DNA from: Candidatus Zhuqueibacterota bacterium | GTDB taxonomy: Bacteria; Zhuqueibacterota; Zhuqueibacteria; Thermofontimicrobiales; Thermofontimicrobiaceae | Assembly (NCBI GenBank): GCA_049322915.1 | Contig: JBMOPW010000014.1 | Span: forward strand, 32,001-96,000 | Direction: 5' to 3' | Length of the DNA: 64,000 nucleotides | Shown: in pieces, positions 11,279 to 21,941 of the stretch | Layout of the letters: each line of letters opens with the position of its first letter | Numbering within the stretch: position 1 is the stretch's first letter | Translations under genes and position numbers: made by a program | The notes under the pieces: generated by a model | What the model saw: the letters and a program-made list of their open reading frames with translations, nothing else | Database searches by the model: none | What the model was told of the DNA's origin: nothing

Positions 11279-12602
11279 AGAACGCGCCATTGTCGTTGGC
11301 ATGGTCCTGGGAAAACAGGACAGGGAACTGGTCGAAGAGTACCTGGATGAACTGGCGCTTCTGGCCGATACAGCAGGCGCGGAGGTAGTTGTCCGCGTGG
11401 TTCAGGAACGGAATGTCATCGATCCGGCGACATTTATCGGCAAGGGCAAGGCCGAGGAATTAGCGGCGCTGGTTTCGGACTATTCGTGCGATGTCATCAT
11501 TTTCGATGACGATCTATCGCCGGCTCAGATGAAGAACCTGGAGGCGATCTGCGACATAAAAGTACTGGATCGCAGCGGAATTATACTGGACATTTTTTCA
11601 CGGCGCGCGAAGACCCGGGAAGCAAAAACCCAGGTCGAACTGGCGCAATTGCAGTACCTTTTACCGCGGCTCACACGAAGATGGACGCATCTGTCCCGGC
11701 AAACAAGCGGCGCAGGCATTGGATTGCGCGGTCCCGGGGAAACCCAGCTTGAAGTGGACCGTCGGCTCATTAGAAAGCGGATTACCCACCTCTCCCGGGA
11801 TTTGGAGAAAATTGGCAAACAGCGATCCAACAGACGCCGAAGACGAAAAGACCTGTTCAATGTGGCATTGTTCGGCTACACCAATGTCGGCAAGTCCACG
11901 CTGATGAATGCCCTCACCACCGCTGATGTGTTTGTGGAAGATCGGCTGTTCGCAACCCTGGATCCCACGGTTCGCATTTTAAATCATGGTGGTACCCATA
12001 AAATCCTGCTGATTGATACGGTTGGTTTTGTGAGAAAATTACCTCATGATCTGGTGGCGTCATTTAAAAGTACACTGGAAGAGACAATTGACGCCGATCT
12101 GCTCGTCCACGTCATCGATGCCAGTCATAAACATTTTCGTGACCAGATGGAAGTGATCAACGGCGTCATCAGGGATTTGCACATCGAAGACCGGCCAATG
12201 ATACCTGTTTTCAATAAAATTGATCTGGTCGAAGATAAAAATCTGCTGGGCGAGTTGAAAGCTGAATTTGAAAAAGGCCATTTCGTGTCCGCCAGGCGCG
12301 GCATGTTCATTGAGGATTTGAAAAAAGAAATCATCCGTATCGCGCGCGAACAAAGCCTCACAGTCAAATTCCGGGTCGACCCATCGAAGCAGCATCAAAT
12401 CAGTTCGATTTATAGCTGGACAAAGGTATTGTCGTGGGAAATTAACGACGGTTTTATCGAAATTGAAATTCAATTCCCGGCGAACTTGAAAAATCGATAC
12501 GATCAGCTCATTGAGCATGGGATTATTGTTGAAATGAACGCAACCCCGGTCAACCAGCCCGAAACAACGGCCGGCGAACTTTCCGATGCTCTAAATTCAT
12601 AA
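11250..12602 (+). CDS. hflX: Ribosome-splitting GTPase HflX
   Basis: GPGETQLEVDRR, GYTNVGKST, LFATLD, DTVGF, NKID. ATG at 11250 preferred over the upstream TTG. Confidence 0.97.
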   Translation: MWSDLKEQDKERAIVVGMVLGKQDRELVEEYLDELALLADTAGAEVVVRVVQERNVIDPATFIGKGKAEELAALVSDYSCDVIIFDDDLSPAQMKNLEAICDIKVLDRSGIILDIFSRRAKTREAKTQVELAQLQYLLPRLTRRWTHLSRQTSGAGIGLRGPGETQLEVDRRLIRKRITHLSRDLEKIGKQRSNRRRRRKDLFNVALFGYTNVGKSTLMNALTTADVFVEDRLFATLDPTVRILNHGGTHKILLIDTVGFVRKLPHDLVASFKSTLEETIDADLLVHVIDASHKHFRDQMEVINGVIRDLHIEDRPMIPVFNKIDLVEDKNLLGELKAEFEKGHFVSARRGMFIEDLKKEIIRIAREQSLTVKFRVDPSKQHQISSIYSWTKVLSWEINDGFIEIEIQFPANLKNRYDQLIEHGIIVEMNATPVNQPETTAGELSDALNS

Positions 12603-12617
12603 GAAAATCAATTCTCT

Positions 12618-13982
12618 ATGGCTTTAAAAATTCTAATTATCGACGACGATTTTAATATCGGCCGGGCTCTGGCCGGTTTTCTGGAAGATTTCCAGCATCA
12701 TGTAAAAATGACGCATGATGGAATTTCCGGTCTTCAGACCGCTCTGGAAGAATATTTTGATTTGATTTTTCTGGATGTCAAAATGCCGGGGAAAGACGGC
12801 ATGCAGGTGCTGGAGAGCCTGAAAAAGTCAAAGCCGGATCAGACTGTCATTATGATCAGCGGCCAGGCCGACCTGGAAACCGCAGTGCGGGCGACGAAAT
12901 TGGGGGCATATAATTTTTTAGAGAAGCCATTGAATCCGGACAAGGTGGTGCTGGAAGTTAAAAATGTAGAGAAACACCAGCAAATGGCGCGGGAAGTGTC
13001 CAGCTTGAAAAAGATGGTGGACATGGAATATCAAATGGTGGGCAATTCCCCTGCCCTGGAGAAGCTGCGTCAGCAAATAGAACGGGCAGCGCCATCAGAC
13101 GGACGGATTCTCATCTTTGGAGAAAATGGCACCGGCAAGGAACTCGTTGCCCGCGAAATCCATGCGAAGAGCCGCCGCAGAACTGAGGCGTTCATCAAAG
13201 TGAATTGCGCGGCCATTCCGCGGGAACTCATCGAAAGCGAATTATTCGGCTATGAAAAAGGCGCGTTCACCGGCGCCGTGAAGCGAAAAAGCGGAATGTT
13301 TGAGGAAGCGAACAAGGGCACGCTGCTTCTGGATGAGGTAGGCGATTTGTCCCTGGAATCCCAGGCCAAACTACTGCGCGTGCTCCAGGAAAATGAATTT
13401 ATGCGCGTTGGTGGAACGACTCCCATAAAATTCGATATTCGAATTATCTCGGCTACGAACAAGGATTTGCGCCAGGAAATTGATCAGGGGCATTTTCGCG
13501 AAGATCTGTTCTTTCGGCTGAACGTGATTCCGATAATCGCGCCTGCGCTGCGCGAGCGGAAAAGCGACATCCCCATTTTAGCGCGCCACTTTTTATCCGC
13601 GTATTGTTTGAGGAATGGCAAAAAGCAAATAGAAATTTCTGAGCAGGTGCTGGAACCCATGCTAAACTACCACTGGCCTGGCAATATTCGCGAGTTGAGA
13701 AACTACATGGAGCGCCTGGTGATCATGGCGGAGAATGATCGAATTGATTATGCCGATGTTGTTGCGGTGTTTCCTGAGTCCGGGCTGAGAGAGACGCAGC
13801 CGGAACCGATGCCGGATGACCATAAAATTCCGCTGAGAGAGCGTCTGGAAAATTTTGAAAAGCAGCTTCTCACTCACGAATTCAGACTCGCCGGAGGAAA
13901 TGTGTCCCGTATGGCTGCAACCCTGCAAACCGACCGACCAAATCTTCATCGGAAATTGAAAAAGTATGGAATCAAGGCGTAG
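12618..13982 (+). CDS. Sigma-54-dependent response regulator (NtrC/NtrX family)
   Basis: Receiver domain (IIDDD, DVKMP), AAA+ domain (GENGTGKE, GAFTGA, LDEV, WPGNIREL) and a Fis-type HTH. Confidence 0.95.
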   Translation: MALKILIIDDDFNIGRALAGFLEDFQHHVKMTHDGISGLQTALEEYFDLIFLDVKMPGKDGMQVLESLKKSKPDQTVIMISGQADLETAVRATKLGAYNFLEKPLNPDKVVLEVKNVEKHQQMAREVSSLKKMVDMEYQMVGNSPALEKLRQQIERAAPSDGRILIFGENGTGKELVAREIHAKSRRRTEAFIKVNCAAIPRELIESELFGYEKGAFTGAVKRKSGMFEEANKGTLLLDEVGDLSLESQAKLLRVLQENEFMRVGGTTPIKFDIRIISATNKDLRQEIDQGHFREDLFFRLNVIPIIAPALRERKSDIPILARHFLSAYCLRNGKKQIEISEQVLEPMLNYHWPGNIRELRNYMERLVIMAENDRIDYADVVAVFPESGLRETQPEPMPDDHKIPLRERLENFEKQLLTHEFRLAGGNVSRMAATLQTDRPNLHRKLKKYGIKA

Positions 13983-14190
13983 TTCAGAAGCGCGACTCAG
14001 CCATGCTGTGGTTGATTTCAGGTGAGACAGCTTTGCTTTTTTGTCCATCGCGATCATTTCTGTTATAAAATGCAGTGAGCTTTTTTTGGAAAATATTGTA
14101 TCGAGCAGCGCGTCGTTATCCGTCGAATAAAGATGTCATCTCGGCTGAACGGATGGATTATCGCGGGAACAAGTCATTAAAAAAGAATGG

Positions 14191-15885
14191 ATGATCATGA
14201 AAAAGACGAATCAGGGCTGGCCTATTTTACTTGCTTTATTGCTGATACTGAGTACGCTTCCCGGCCAGGAGCCGGAAAAAGATGCTCGAATTACAGGCAC
14301 TAATATTCATTATGAACAAGGCGATTGGGTCAGCTATTCAATGACGCGGTTGGTGCGCTCGCTGGCAGTTGGGCGGGAATATGTCTATTTCGGTACGACA
14401 GGCGGAGTGACTCGTTATAACTATTTTTCCAATCGATGGGATGAACCCTGGACGGTGAGCAACGGTCTGGCAGATAATTTCATCATCACGGTAGCGTTTG
14501 ACATGAATACCGATTACTTTTGGTGCTCGACCCGGCAGGGCATAAGCCTCTACCGGTCGACGTTTCAGCGCTGGGAAAATATTTTCAAAGACGATCTTGG
14601 TCTGTCACCTGACGATGAGATCGCATCCATTGGATTCGATGCCTATCATGTGTGGTTGGAAACGATGAATGGGACAGTATTCAAAGGAGCGAATCAACAA
14701 ACTGCCTTTGAGCGAGTAGCCATTTCCGATGTGCCATTCAATACAATCGAGTGGTTTGGCCGCCGCGTCACTGATTTGAGTGATCTCCCGCTGCTGACCA
14801 TGAGCGGTGGTAACTTCTTTGATCAGGATGGATATGTCAGGGATTATCGGCTGAACAAATACGATGTCACTTGCTTTCATCGGGATCGATGGAATACGTA
14901 CTGGGTGGGTTCCTGGGGTGCCGGCGCCGGCAAAGCGGATGCCCGCATCGAATTGCTCGAGATGATGCCGTTCGGCTTGTTCTGCGAGAATGTCACCGCT
15001 GCAAAAATGGATGACGAGTACCAGATTTGGATGGGCGGGCATGGTTACCGGGAAGAGGAGAGCGGCATTACCAGGTGGGATAGTGAGAATAACGAGTGGG
15101 TTTATTTTCAATCGCGATTTATAGGTGACTTGAAAAGCGACCAGGTTTCTGCCATCGCTCTGGATAAGCCGTACGTTTGGTTTGCGACGGATTATGGCGT
15201 GGCTTATTTTAATTGTGATGAAAATGAGTGGCGGACATTTGATGTCGGGAATGGTCTCGCAGATAACATCGTCTACGATGTGGAGACAGATGGAGAAATC
15301 GTATGGATTGCCACGGCGAAAGGCGTCTCGCAGTTAATCAAAGCGAATATGGGTCAGAAGGAATTCCGAATTACCGATTTCGTCCCGCAGGATATTCGCC
15401 GGATGGCTGCCTACGATATCGCCCTCATGACGAATCTGCTATGGATCGGCACCGAGTTTGGATTGTACGTGTACGATTTACAGGCGAAGACCGGCGGTTT
15501 TGAAAACGAGTCGGATGGCCCGCAGAATAACGAAGTCACCGTGGTGGAATGTTTTCAGGATAAAGAGGTATGGGTTGGTTTCCGCGATGGAATTCAGGTC
15601 TTTGATGTTACTTCTCAACAATGGCTGGGATCGCCGGAAAGACAATTATTCGATAGCCGGGAGATCAATTTCATAAAAGCGGATGAATTTTCCGTCTGGG
15701 TGGCAACGAATTCCGGCGCGCTCCGCTATGATCGCGATAGGAAACGATGGATCGAATTTACAATCCTGGACGGGCTTATCAGCAATTGCGTCAACTGCAT
15801 CATGCTGGATGGCGATTACGTCTGGTTCGGCACGGATGCAGGGCTGACAAAATTCTACTGGAACGATCCCAATCGGATCGATTGA
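14191..15885 (+). CDS. Exported beta-propeller protein (two-component regulator propeller-like repeats)
   Basis: Signal peptide; repeated NGL.DN.V...W.AT..G motifs. Confidence 0.75.
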   Translation: MIMKKTNQGWPILLALLLILSTLPGQEPEKDARITGTNIHYEQGDWVSYSMTRLVRSLAVGREYVYFGTTGGVTRYNYFSNRWDEPWTVSNGLADNFIITVAFDMNTDYFWCSTRQGISLYRSTFQRWENIFKDDLGLSPDDEIASIGFDAYHVWLETMNGTVFKGANQQTAFERVAISDVPFNTIEWFGRRVTDLSDLPLLTMSGGNFFDQDGYVRDYRLNKYDVTCFHRDRWNTYWVGSWGAGAGKADARIELLEMMPFGLFCENVTAAKMDDEYQIWMGGHGYREEESGITRWDSENNEWVYFQSRFIGDLKSDQVSAIALDKPYVWFATDYGVAYFNCDENEWRTFDVGNGLADNIVYDVETDGEIVWIATAKGVSQLIKANMGQKEFRITDFVPQDIRRMAAYDIALMTNLLWIGTEFGLYVYDLQAKTGGFENESDGPQNNEVTVVECFQDKEVWVGFRDGIQVFDVTSQQWLGSPERQLFDSREINFIKADEFSVWVATNSGALRYDRDRKRWIEFTILDGLISNCVNCIMLDGDYVWFGTDAGLTKFYWNDPNRID

Positions 15886-15909
15886 TAATGGCGGGATTCC
15901 CGTCTGAAA

Positions 15910-16557
15910 TTACTGAGTTGTCTTCTTCCCCAGAGGTACCTTATTTTCTTTGCCTTGCAAAATTCTTTGTATGTTGCTGCGGTGAGTGAATACAATGAGC
16001 AATGCAATGAAGATAGCAAAATATAATAACTCCGATGACGTGGTATAGTTGAACCATTTCTGCATGATGAGCAGCACAAGAGGTAACGAAATCGCTGCGG
16101 ACATGGAGCTGACTGAGACCATTCGAACTGTGAATAATACAATTAAAAAGATGCCCAGGCAGATGAGTCCGGCGACAGGATAAAGTGCGAAGAGCATTCC
16201 TGCGGCAGTTCCAACTCCCTTCCCTCCTTTGAAACCGGCGAAGATCGTCCAGATGTGCCCGAAAATCGAGGCAACCCCCGCAATAATCTGGATGAGGTGA
16301 GGGCTCATTGCCACTTCATCTATTCGGATTTGAGAAATGAGCAGCGTCGCCAGGACGCCTTTACCAACGTCAACAATCATCACAATGGAACCCAATTTCC
16401 AACCCAGCACGCGAATTGCATTGGTCGCTCCGGCGTTTCTGCTGCCATGATCCCGAATATCGATGCCGCGAAATAGTTTGGAGACGATGATGCTCGTCGG
16501 AATGGAGCCTGCCAGATAGCTCAATATCAGGACAACGAAAATAGAAATCATGTTCAC
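15910..16557 (-). CDS. plsY: Acyl-phosphate:glycerol-3-phosphate acyltransferase
   Basis: YLAGSIP, GSRNAGATN, FKGGKGV, HRSNI motifs. Confidence 0.96.
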   Translation of the reverse strand: MNMISIFVVLILSYLAGSIPTSIIVSKLFRGIDIRDHGSRNAGATNAIRVLGWKLGSIVMIVDVGKGVLATLLISQIRIDEVAMSPHLIQIIAGVASIFGHIWTIFAGFKGGKGVGTAAGMLFALYPVAGLICLGIFLIVLFTVRMVSVSSMSAAISLPLVLLIMQKWFNYTTSSELLYFAIFIALLIVFTHRSNIQRILQGKENKVPLGKKTTQ

Positions 16558-16599
16558 TCCCTCAAATTTCGGTTCAAACCACAGCCTGCCGAATGCCGG

Positions 16600-18432
16600 T
16601 TAATCATTATAACCTACAAATGCGATACCTGCAGTCCCCGGTCCGGCATGCACACCTAACGCCGGCGCGGCTTCCACAATGGGAATCATTTCGGTCAGAT
16701 TGAATCGTTTGGTCAACTGCCTCGCGTACCATTCGGCTTTTTTCAATGCATTGGCATGGGCAATGATGAATTTCACGCGTTTGTATTTCCGGGCTTCAAT
16801 GGATATTTGATTCAGCGTCTTTTTCATGGCGTTTTTATGTCCAATGGCTTTGAACGCAAGAAAAACCCGGCCTTCCTGGTTCAGCGAGATAGTCGGTTTT
16901 AATCTTAGCAAGTTACCGATGAATCCCTTCTTTTTGCTGAGACGCCCGCCCTTGACGACGTACTTCAGCGAGGCGAGGGTGATGAGGATATGAAGATTCT
17001 CGACAGCCTTATTCACGCGTTCGACGACCTTGTCTAAGGCTAAATTTTCTTTGATTGCTTCGGCTGCTTCCATGACAACAAGGCCCAGTGCAGCGGAAAT
17101 ATTTTTTCCATCGATGCACACAATTTTTTTATGTTCAAATGACTTCGCCACCCGCTCGATAACCTGCAGGGTGCCACTGGACGCCCGAGGCAGATGAATG
17201 GAAATGAGAGATTTGTATTTCGTTAAAGCCGTTTGAAATACTCTCTGAACATCCGCTGTCGCAGGCTGAGACGTTGTTGGATGAAACTCGGAAGTGACAA
17301 GCTTGTCGTAAAATTCCATCGGGCTGATATCCACCTTATCGAGATAGGTCTTGGGCCCAAAGATAATCTTCAGTGGGATAATGTGGATATTATTTTCCTG
17401 GATGAACTGATAGGGAAGATCGCAGGAAGAATCAGTCACAATGCCGATTTCGCCAAGCTCTGTTTCTGCTAAGACATGCTGGTGCTGCTGAATCATGTCG
17501 TCGATTTTTTGGTGGGACAGGCTGCCGAAAGAGGATGCAATTTTGAAAACCGCCTCCGGTGAATTTGTATGCATATGAATTCTCACCCGCTCCGCCGATC
17601 CGGCCACAATGAGAGAATCTCCCAGGGGCAGAAGCTGTTCCCGAAGCGACGAATGACTGATCTCTTCGCCCTGAATCATGCATTCCGTGCAAAACCGGAA
17701 TGTGATGTCCATGTTCAGTGCAGCCCCGGCGTATCCTGTCGGACTGGCAGGCTCTATTTTTGACTGATGCAGGATTTGCTTGATTCGCCCTTTGTCAATA
17801 AAATTAACAATTCCCTCCAGCATATTGACAAATCCCTGGGCGCCGGCATCCACAACGCCGGCCTTGCGCAGCACCTCCAACTTCTTCGGTGTATCTGCCA
17901 GAGACTGTCTGGCGGTCTGCAGACCGTTCTTCAGAAGCTCGACAAAATCCTCGGTTCGTTTGGAGGCTTTTTCAATATAATTCGCCCAATCACTAATCAC
18001 TGTTAAAATCGTACCCTCCCGCGGTTCTGAAAGCGCATTATGGGCGCTCAACCGCGCATGCTTTACCGCTTCGGCGAAGGCCGCTGTGGACAGCCGCAAT
18101 TTGCCCTTGACGGCGGTGGAAAAACCATGAAAAAATTGAGCCAGAATGGCGCCCGAGTTTCCCTGCGCGCCCATGAGCGCGGATTCCGCCAGCACAGAAC
18201 TGATGTGGGAGACGGACTTGTCAGACACCTGTGACAGATTCGATGAAATATGGTCCATGGTGTGGGCCATGTTTGTCCCGGTATCACCATCCGGGACTGG
18301 AAAGACATTTATCTTGTTGAGATGATCTTTATTTCGGGATACGATTTTCGAGCTTGCGAGAATTGCATTTCTGAGTCGCTTGCCATCAAGGTATTTGATT
18401 TTTCTGAAGGACATGTTCTTCATTGTGCTCAT
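16600..18432 (-). CDS. DAK2 (FakA-like fatty-acid kinase) fused to a DegV (FakB-like) fatty-acid-binding domain
   Basis: INVFPVPDGDTGTNM, GNSGAIL, EGTILTV, VVDAGA, HMHTN, then DegV motifs VTDSSCDL, TTSQP, GGRL, HAGPG. Confidence 0.92.
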   Translation of the reverse strand: MSTMKNMSFRKIKYLDGKRLRNAILASSKIVSRNKDHLNKINVFPVPDGDTGTNMAHTMDHISSNLSQVSDKSVSHISSVLAESALMGAQGNSGAILAQFFHGFSTAVKGKLRLSTAAFAEAVKHARLSAHNALSEPREGTILTVISDWANYIEKASKRTEDFVELLKNGLQTARQSLADTPKKLEVLRKAGVVDAGAQGFVNMLEGIVNFIDKGRIKQILHQSKIEPASPTGYAGAALNMDITFRFCTECMIQGEEISHSSLREQLLPLGDSLIVAGSAERVRIHMHTNSPEAVFKIASSFGSLSHQKIDDMIQQHQHVLAETELGEIGIVTDSSCDLPYQFIQENNIHIIPLKIIFGPKTYLDKVDISPMEFYDKLVTSEFHPTTSQPATADVQRVFQTALTKYKSLISIHLPRASSGTLQVIERVAKSFEHKKIVCIDGKNISAALGLVVMEAAEAIKENLALDKVVERVNKAVENLHILITLASLKYVVKGGRLSKKKGFIGNLLRLKPTISLNQEGRVFLAFKAIGHKNAMKKTLNQISIEARKYKRVKFIIAHANALKKAEWYARQLTKRFNLTEMIPIVEAAPALGVHAGPGTAGIAFVGYND

Positions 18433-18454
18433 TCGAATTTTCCATAATAGTTGA

Positions 18455-19165
18455 TTAACGATGGGTGTCTATTAAATTCTGAATCTTGTTTTTGACAAAG
18501 TCGCGAAGCTCAGCCGGTGTTTTGTCTTTATAAAAAGCATACGGAATCACATCCCCGAAAACGAACTTCATTTGTCCCGGTTGAACGAGCCAGTGGGTGA
18601 CGCGCTTAATTTGAAAAGCGCCGACCATGGCCGTTGGGACGATGTCCGATTTGGCATTCAGCGAGAGGATAAATGGACCTTTCATGAACGGGAGGAGTTG
18701 GTCATTTTTTGTGCGATGCCCTTCGGGAAGAATGATGATTGACGTGCCACTACGAATGGCATTCTCAGCTAGACTCAGGCTTTTTATCGCGCTGCGCGTA
18801 TTCGTCTGGCTGATAGGAATGTTGCCAAACCGACGGATGACCGGACCCCAGACTGGCCACGCAAAGTGGGCGTCTAATTCGACGCCGCGGGCAAAATTTG
18901 GAATATAACCATAAAGCACAAACACGTCGAAAATGTTGACGTGATTGGCCATGAAGATATAGGTTTTTTCGCGATCAAGTTTTTCAGCGCCAAGGATCCT
19001 CACGTCAATGAAGAAAGATTTCAAAAAAAGGCGGCATGCAAGCTTTGCAAATCGGTCATACTGACGAGGCTTGAAAAGATAGGAACAGGTTATGACCGAA
19101 ACGCCCAGCAGCAGAAAACTGATCGATCCGATGATATACAGGAAAATCGAAATTATATATTTCAT
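18455..19165 (-). CDS. plsC: 1-acyl-sn-glycerol-3-phosphate acyltransferase
   Basis: NHVNIFD (HX4D) and LPEGHRT motifs. Confidence 0.88.
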   Translation of the reverse strand: MKYIISIFLYIIGSISFLLLGVSVITCSYLFKPRQYDRFAKLACRLFLKSFFIDVRILGAEKLDREKTYIFMANHVNIFDVFVLYGYIPNFARGVELDAHFAWPVWGPVIRRFGNIPISQTNTRSAIKSLSLAENAIRSGTSIIILPEGHRTKNDQLLPFMKGPFILSLNAKSDIVPTAMVGAFQIKRVTHWLVQPGQMKFVFGDVIPYAFYKDKTPAELRDFVKNKIQNLIDTHR

Positions 19166-19219
19166 ACCTGAATAGTAGGCATATCAATGACAAACACAGC
19201 GTTAGAAAAGCTGAAAGTC

Positions 19220-19248
19220 AATATATAGAAATATTGCAATAATGTCAA
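19220..19248 (-). promoter_or_regulatory. Sigma-70-type promoter of the plsC-fak-plsY operon
   Basis: Minus strand TTGACA-17 nt-TATATT, 55 nt upstream of the plsC ATG. Confidence 0.7.
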
Positions 19249-19327
19249 GAAAAAAAATGGCTGTAGGACAGTCGTGCGGTCTGGCTTGTAAAAAATGAAA
19301 TTGGCATAAGGAAATAGCTGGCCCACA

Positions 19328-21940
19328 TCACTGAAAGAAGATCGGTGCAAAGCCCGTGAAATTCCGGTCGAAAGAAGCTTTCGGGCGGGAGAGATTTTCA
19401 AAAAGCAACGACGCTGAATAGCTGTAGGAAATGAGATAGTCAGACATCAGAAAGGAAAGCGTCCGATAGTCTTCAGTCTGCGGCGCTGGCGGCTGAGCTA
19501 ACAATGTCTCAAAGGGAAGATAACCCAACAGGCCATCCGGGATAATAATGAGGCGATGGCCGTACAGGTATGATTTTACGGGCGAGATTAAACAACAATA
19601 AAGCGTATGAGCGGCTATGCTGTAATCAGTAAAACTTTGTTGCAGTAATCCACTTCGCATTCGGTCCATTGATGCGGTGAAGCTATCATCGATGGAAATT
19701 GACCGTATTTCGAATGTAGTTTTGGTGATTGTAAAAATGAACAGCGTGCTATCGCTGAGGTAATACTCGATGATTCCTGTGTCTGAATCCAGTATCTTGT
19801 CCTGAATTTGTTTTGCGGTGGCGTTGGCGGTTTGATATGTTAAATTGTAATAGGCAGGGTAGTTCAGTTCGAAGGTATTGACAAGGCTTTCATAGTTTCG
19901 TTTTAACTGAAATAGCCTGTTTTGCAGTGACCTCACTCTTTCGCTATCTGCATCGGTTCCCTTTTGTGTTTCATCAAACAGGAGCTTGTCCGTGAATGAA
20001 AGATCGATTTTCAACTGTCGTTCAGTGTCCAGAAGGCTATCCGGGATGCCGGCGAATTTCCTGGCGTTGGATTCGATGAGCGCCTGATGCAGCGCGCCGG
20101 ACTTACTTTTCTCGGCAAAGGAGAATGCAACTTCTTTCAAGTCGTGCGCATGGGTGATGGTGTACAGCTCAAACACACTGGTAATTGCCTGACCGTAGAT
20201 GGAATGCATTTTTTCGCCCAGGAATAATTTCAAATTCTCTGATTTATAGCCGGTTCGAATGTGTTCAATGAGATCGGAAATTAAGGTGTACGTTACAACG
20301 GATGCCTCCAGATTTTCGATATGACTTCTGTCGTCCAAATATAATTCATTGAACAGCTCCGCTTTTCGGGTCAGGATATCCAGCAGTCTGGTCTCCTCGT
20401 TGAGCTGTGTGAGAGGAGGATTGACATAAACATTGTCGGAATCGAACCCTGGAAAAAGCGCGTGCAAGGCGCGTTGCAAACAGGATAGCGCTTTCCTGAT
20501 CCGATGTTGTCGGTGATAGACTTCAGCGATTTGCTGATACGCTTCTGCAATGAGCGGATGATTGTTGCCCCAGATACGTTGACTCAGGCTCACGGACTTA
20601 TTGAGATAATGAAGCGCTATGTTAAAATCGCCCAGATCTGTATAGAGAATTCCCATATTGTTGTAAATAATTGCCATGAGTGAATGCTGCTGTGTTGAAA
20701 GCTGCCTGGCCATGGAGAGCGCCTGCCTGTAATACTCAATCGCCCGATTAAAATCCTTTTTCAGCGAATAAATATTTGCAATGTTGAGCTGGCAGCGGAC
20801 AATATCCGGGTGAACCCGTTGCTCCATGCGCAGTTGCACGTTAAGGGATTGCTGGTAGTAATGAAGCGCCTCATCGTACATCTCCTTGTTTTTAGAGATT
20901 ATTCCCAGGTTGTTGTACAACGATGCAATTATCGGATGGGTGTCGCTAATCGTCACCATCACCAGCGATAACGATTTCTGAAAGTAAGCCTGCGCGTCTT
21001 CGAGGTTGCCTTTTCGGAGCCAGATAGTACCCAGATTCAGGTAATTTCCAGCCAGCGATGGGTGATTGCTGCCAAGTCTGTTCTGCACAATGCGGATGGA
21101 TTTTTCATAGCACTCAATGGCGCGGTCATAATCCCCTTTGGTGAAATGAAGCACGCCTAGGTTGAGGTAGCTGTTGGATACGTCCGGGTGGTTCTCCCCG
21201 ACTGCCTCCAGCCGGATGGCAAGTCCCTTTTGATAATAGGCCATCGCATTCTCGAAATCCTCTCTGGCAAGTGCGAGAATACCTAAATTGACATAACTGT
21301 CAGCGACCAAAGGGTGCGTCTGTTCATAGACTTTTTTTCGGATGGCTAATGCATCTTCATAAAATTCAGCAGCCTTGTCATACTGACCATAAAAATAGTT
21401 GACAATGCCCAGTCCGTGATAGCTATTCGCCAATTCTTCATCGTGGGCAGAATCGGTTTTTTTCAGTAGGCAAATTGCCTCGTGAAAAGCGCTTTCAGCC
21501 GCGGCTAAATCACCGCGCTTCTGAAAAATTATGCCGCGGGCGTTGAGGATTTTTACAGCCGGAATTTCATTCGTCGAAGTGAAAAGGGCGAGAATATGGG
21601 ATGCGCTGTCCACCTGGCTTTTTGCATCTTCATAGCGGCCCGATTTCACGAAGTTTGTGCTCTTGCCGCAGAGGCAATCGATTGCTTTTTCCCATTGCTC
21701 CTCTCGGATAAGTTGGTATAAAGCCAGATCATAATAATAATTAGAACTGTCGTAGAAGGCGGCGGTATGCAGCTTAGCCGCTCGCTGTAAACATTCAACC
21801 GCGGTAATCACGTCAACCCGGGTCTGATGCGACTGAAGCATCGGTACGTTTCTTTGATTTTTTATAGAATAGACGAGTCCACTGGCAAGAATGACGGTGA
21901 GCAAAATAGCAGTATATTTCCTGTAGTGTGGCTTTTTCAT
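19328..21940 (-). CDS. Exported/membrane-anchored TPR protein ending in the N-terminal half of a CHAT domain
   Basis: N-terminal hydrophobic helix; ~9 kinesin-light-chain-type TPRs (HP..A.SY.NLG); EKSKS; IIEYY; LIIIPDGLLGYLPFETL; ends SYSYSASLL...FTGFAPIFFQ without the catalytic His/Cys. Confidence 0.9.
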   Translation of the reverse strand: MKKPHYRKYTAILLTVILASGLVYSIKNQRNVPMLQSHQTRVDVITAVECLQRAAKLHTAAFYDSSNYYYDLALYQLIREEQWEKAIDCLCGKSTNFVKSGRYEDAKSQVDSASHILALFTSTNEIPAVKILNARGIIFQKRGDLAAAESAFHEAICLLKKTDSAHDEELANSYHGLGIVNYFYGQYDKAAEFYEDALAIRKKVYEQTHPLVADSYVNLGILALAREDFENAMAYYQKGLAIRLEAVGENHPDVSNSYLNLGVLHFTKGDYDRAIECYEKSIRIVQNRLGSNHPSLAGNYLNLGTIWLRKGNLEDAQAYFQKSLSLVMVTISDTHPIIASLYNNLGIISKNKEMYDEALHYYQQSLNVQLRMEQRVHPDIVRCQLNIANIYSLKKDFNRAIEYYRQALSMARQLSTQQHSLMAIIYNNMGILYTDLGDFNIALHYLNKSVSLSQRIWGNNHPLIAEAYQQIAEVYHRQHRIRKALSCLQRALHALFPGFDSDNVYVNPPLTQLNEETRLLDILTRKAELFNELYLDDRSHIENLEASVVTYTLISDLIEHIRTGYKSENLKLFLGEKMHSIYGQAITSVFELYTITHAHDLKEVAFSFAEKSKSGALHQALIESNARKFAGIPDSLLDTERQLKIDLSFTDKLLFDETQKGTDADSERVRSLQNRLFQLKRNYESLVNTFELNYPAYYNLTYQTANATAKQIQDKILDSDTGIIEYYLSDSTLFIFTITKTTFEIRSISIDDSFTASMDRMRSGLLQQSFTDYSIAAHTLYCCLISPVKSYLYGHRLIIIPDGLLGYLPFETLLAQPPAPQTEDYRTLSFLMSDYLISYSYSASLLFENLSRPKASFDRNFTGFAPIFFQ

Positions 21941-21941
21941 A

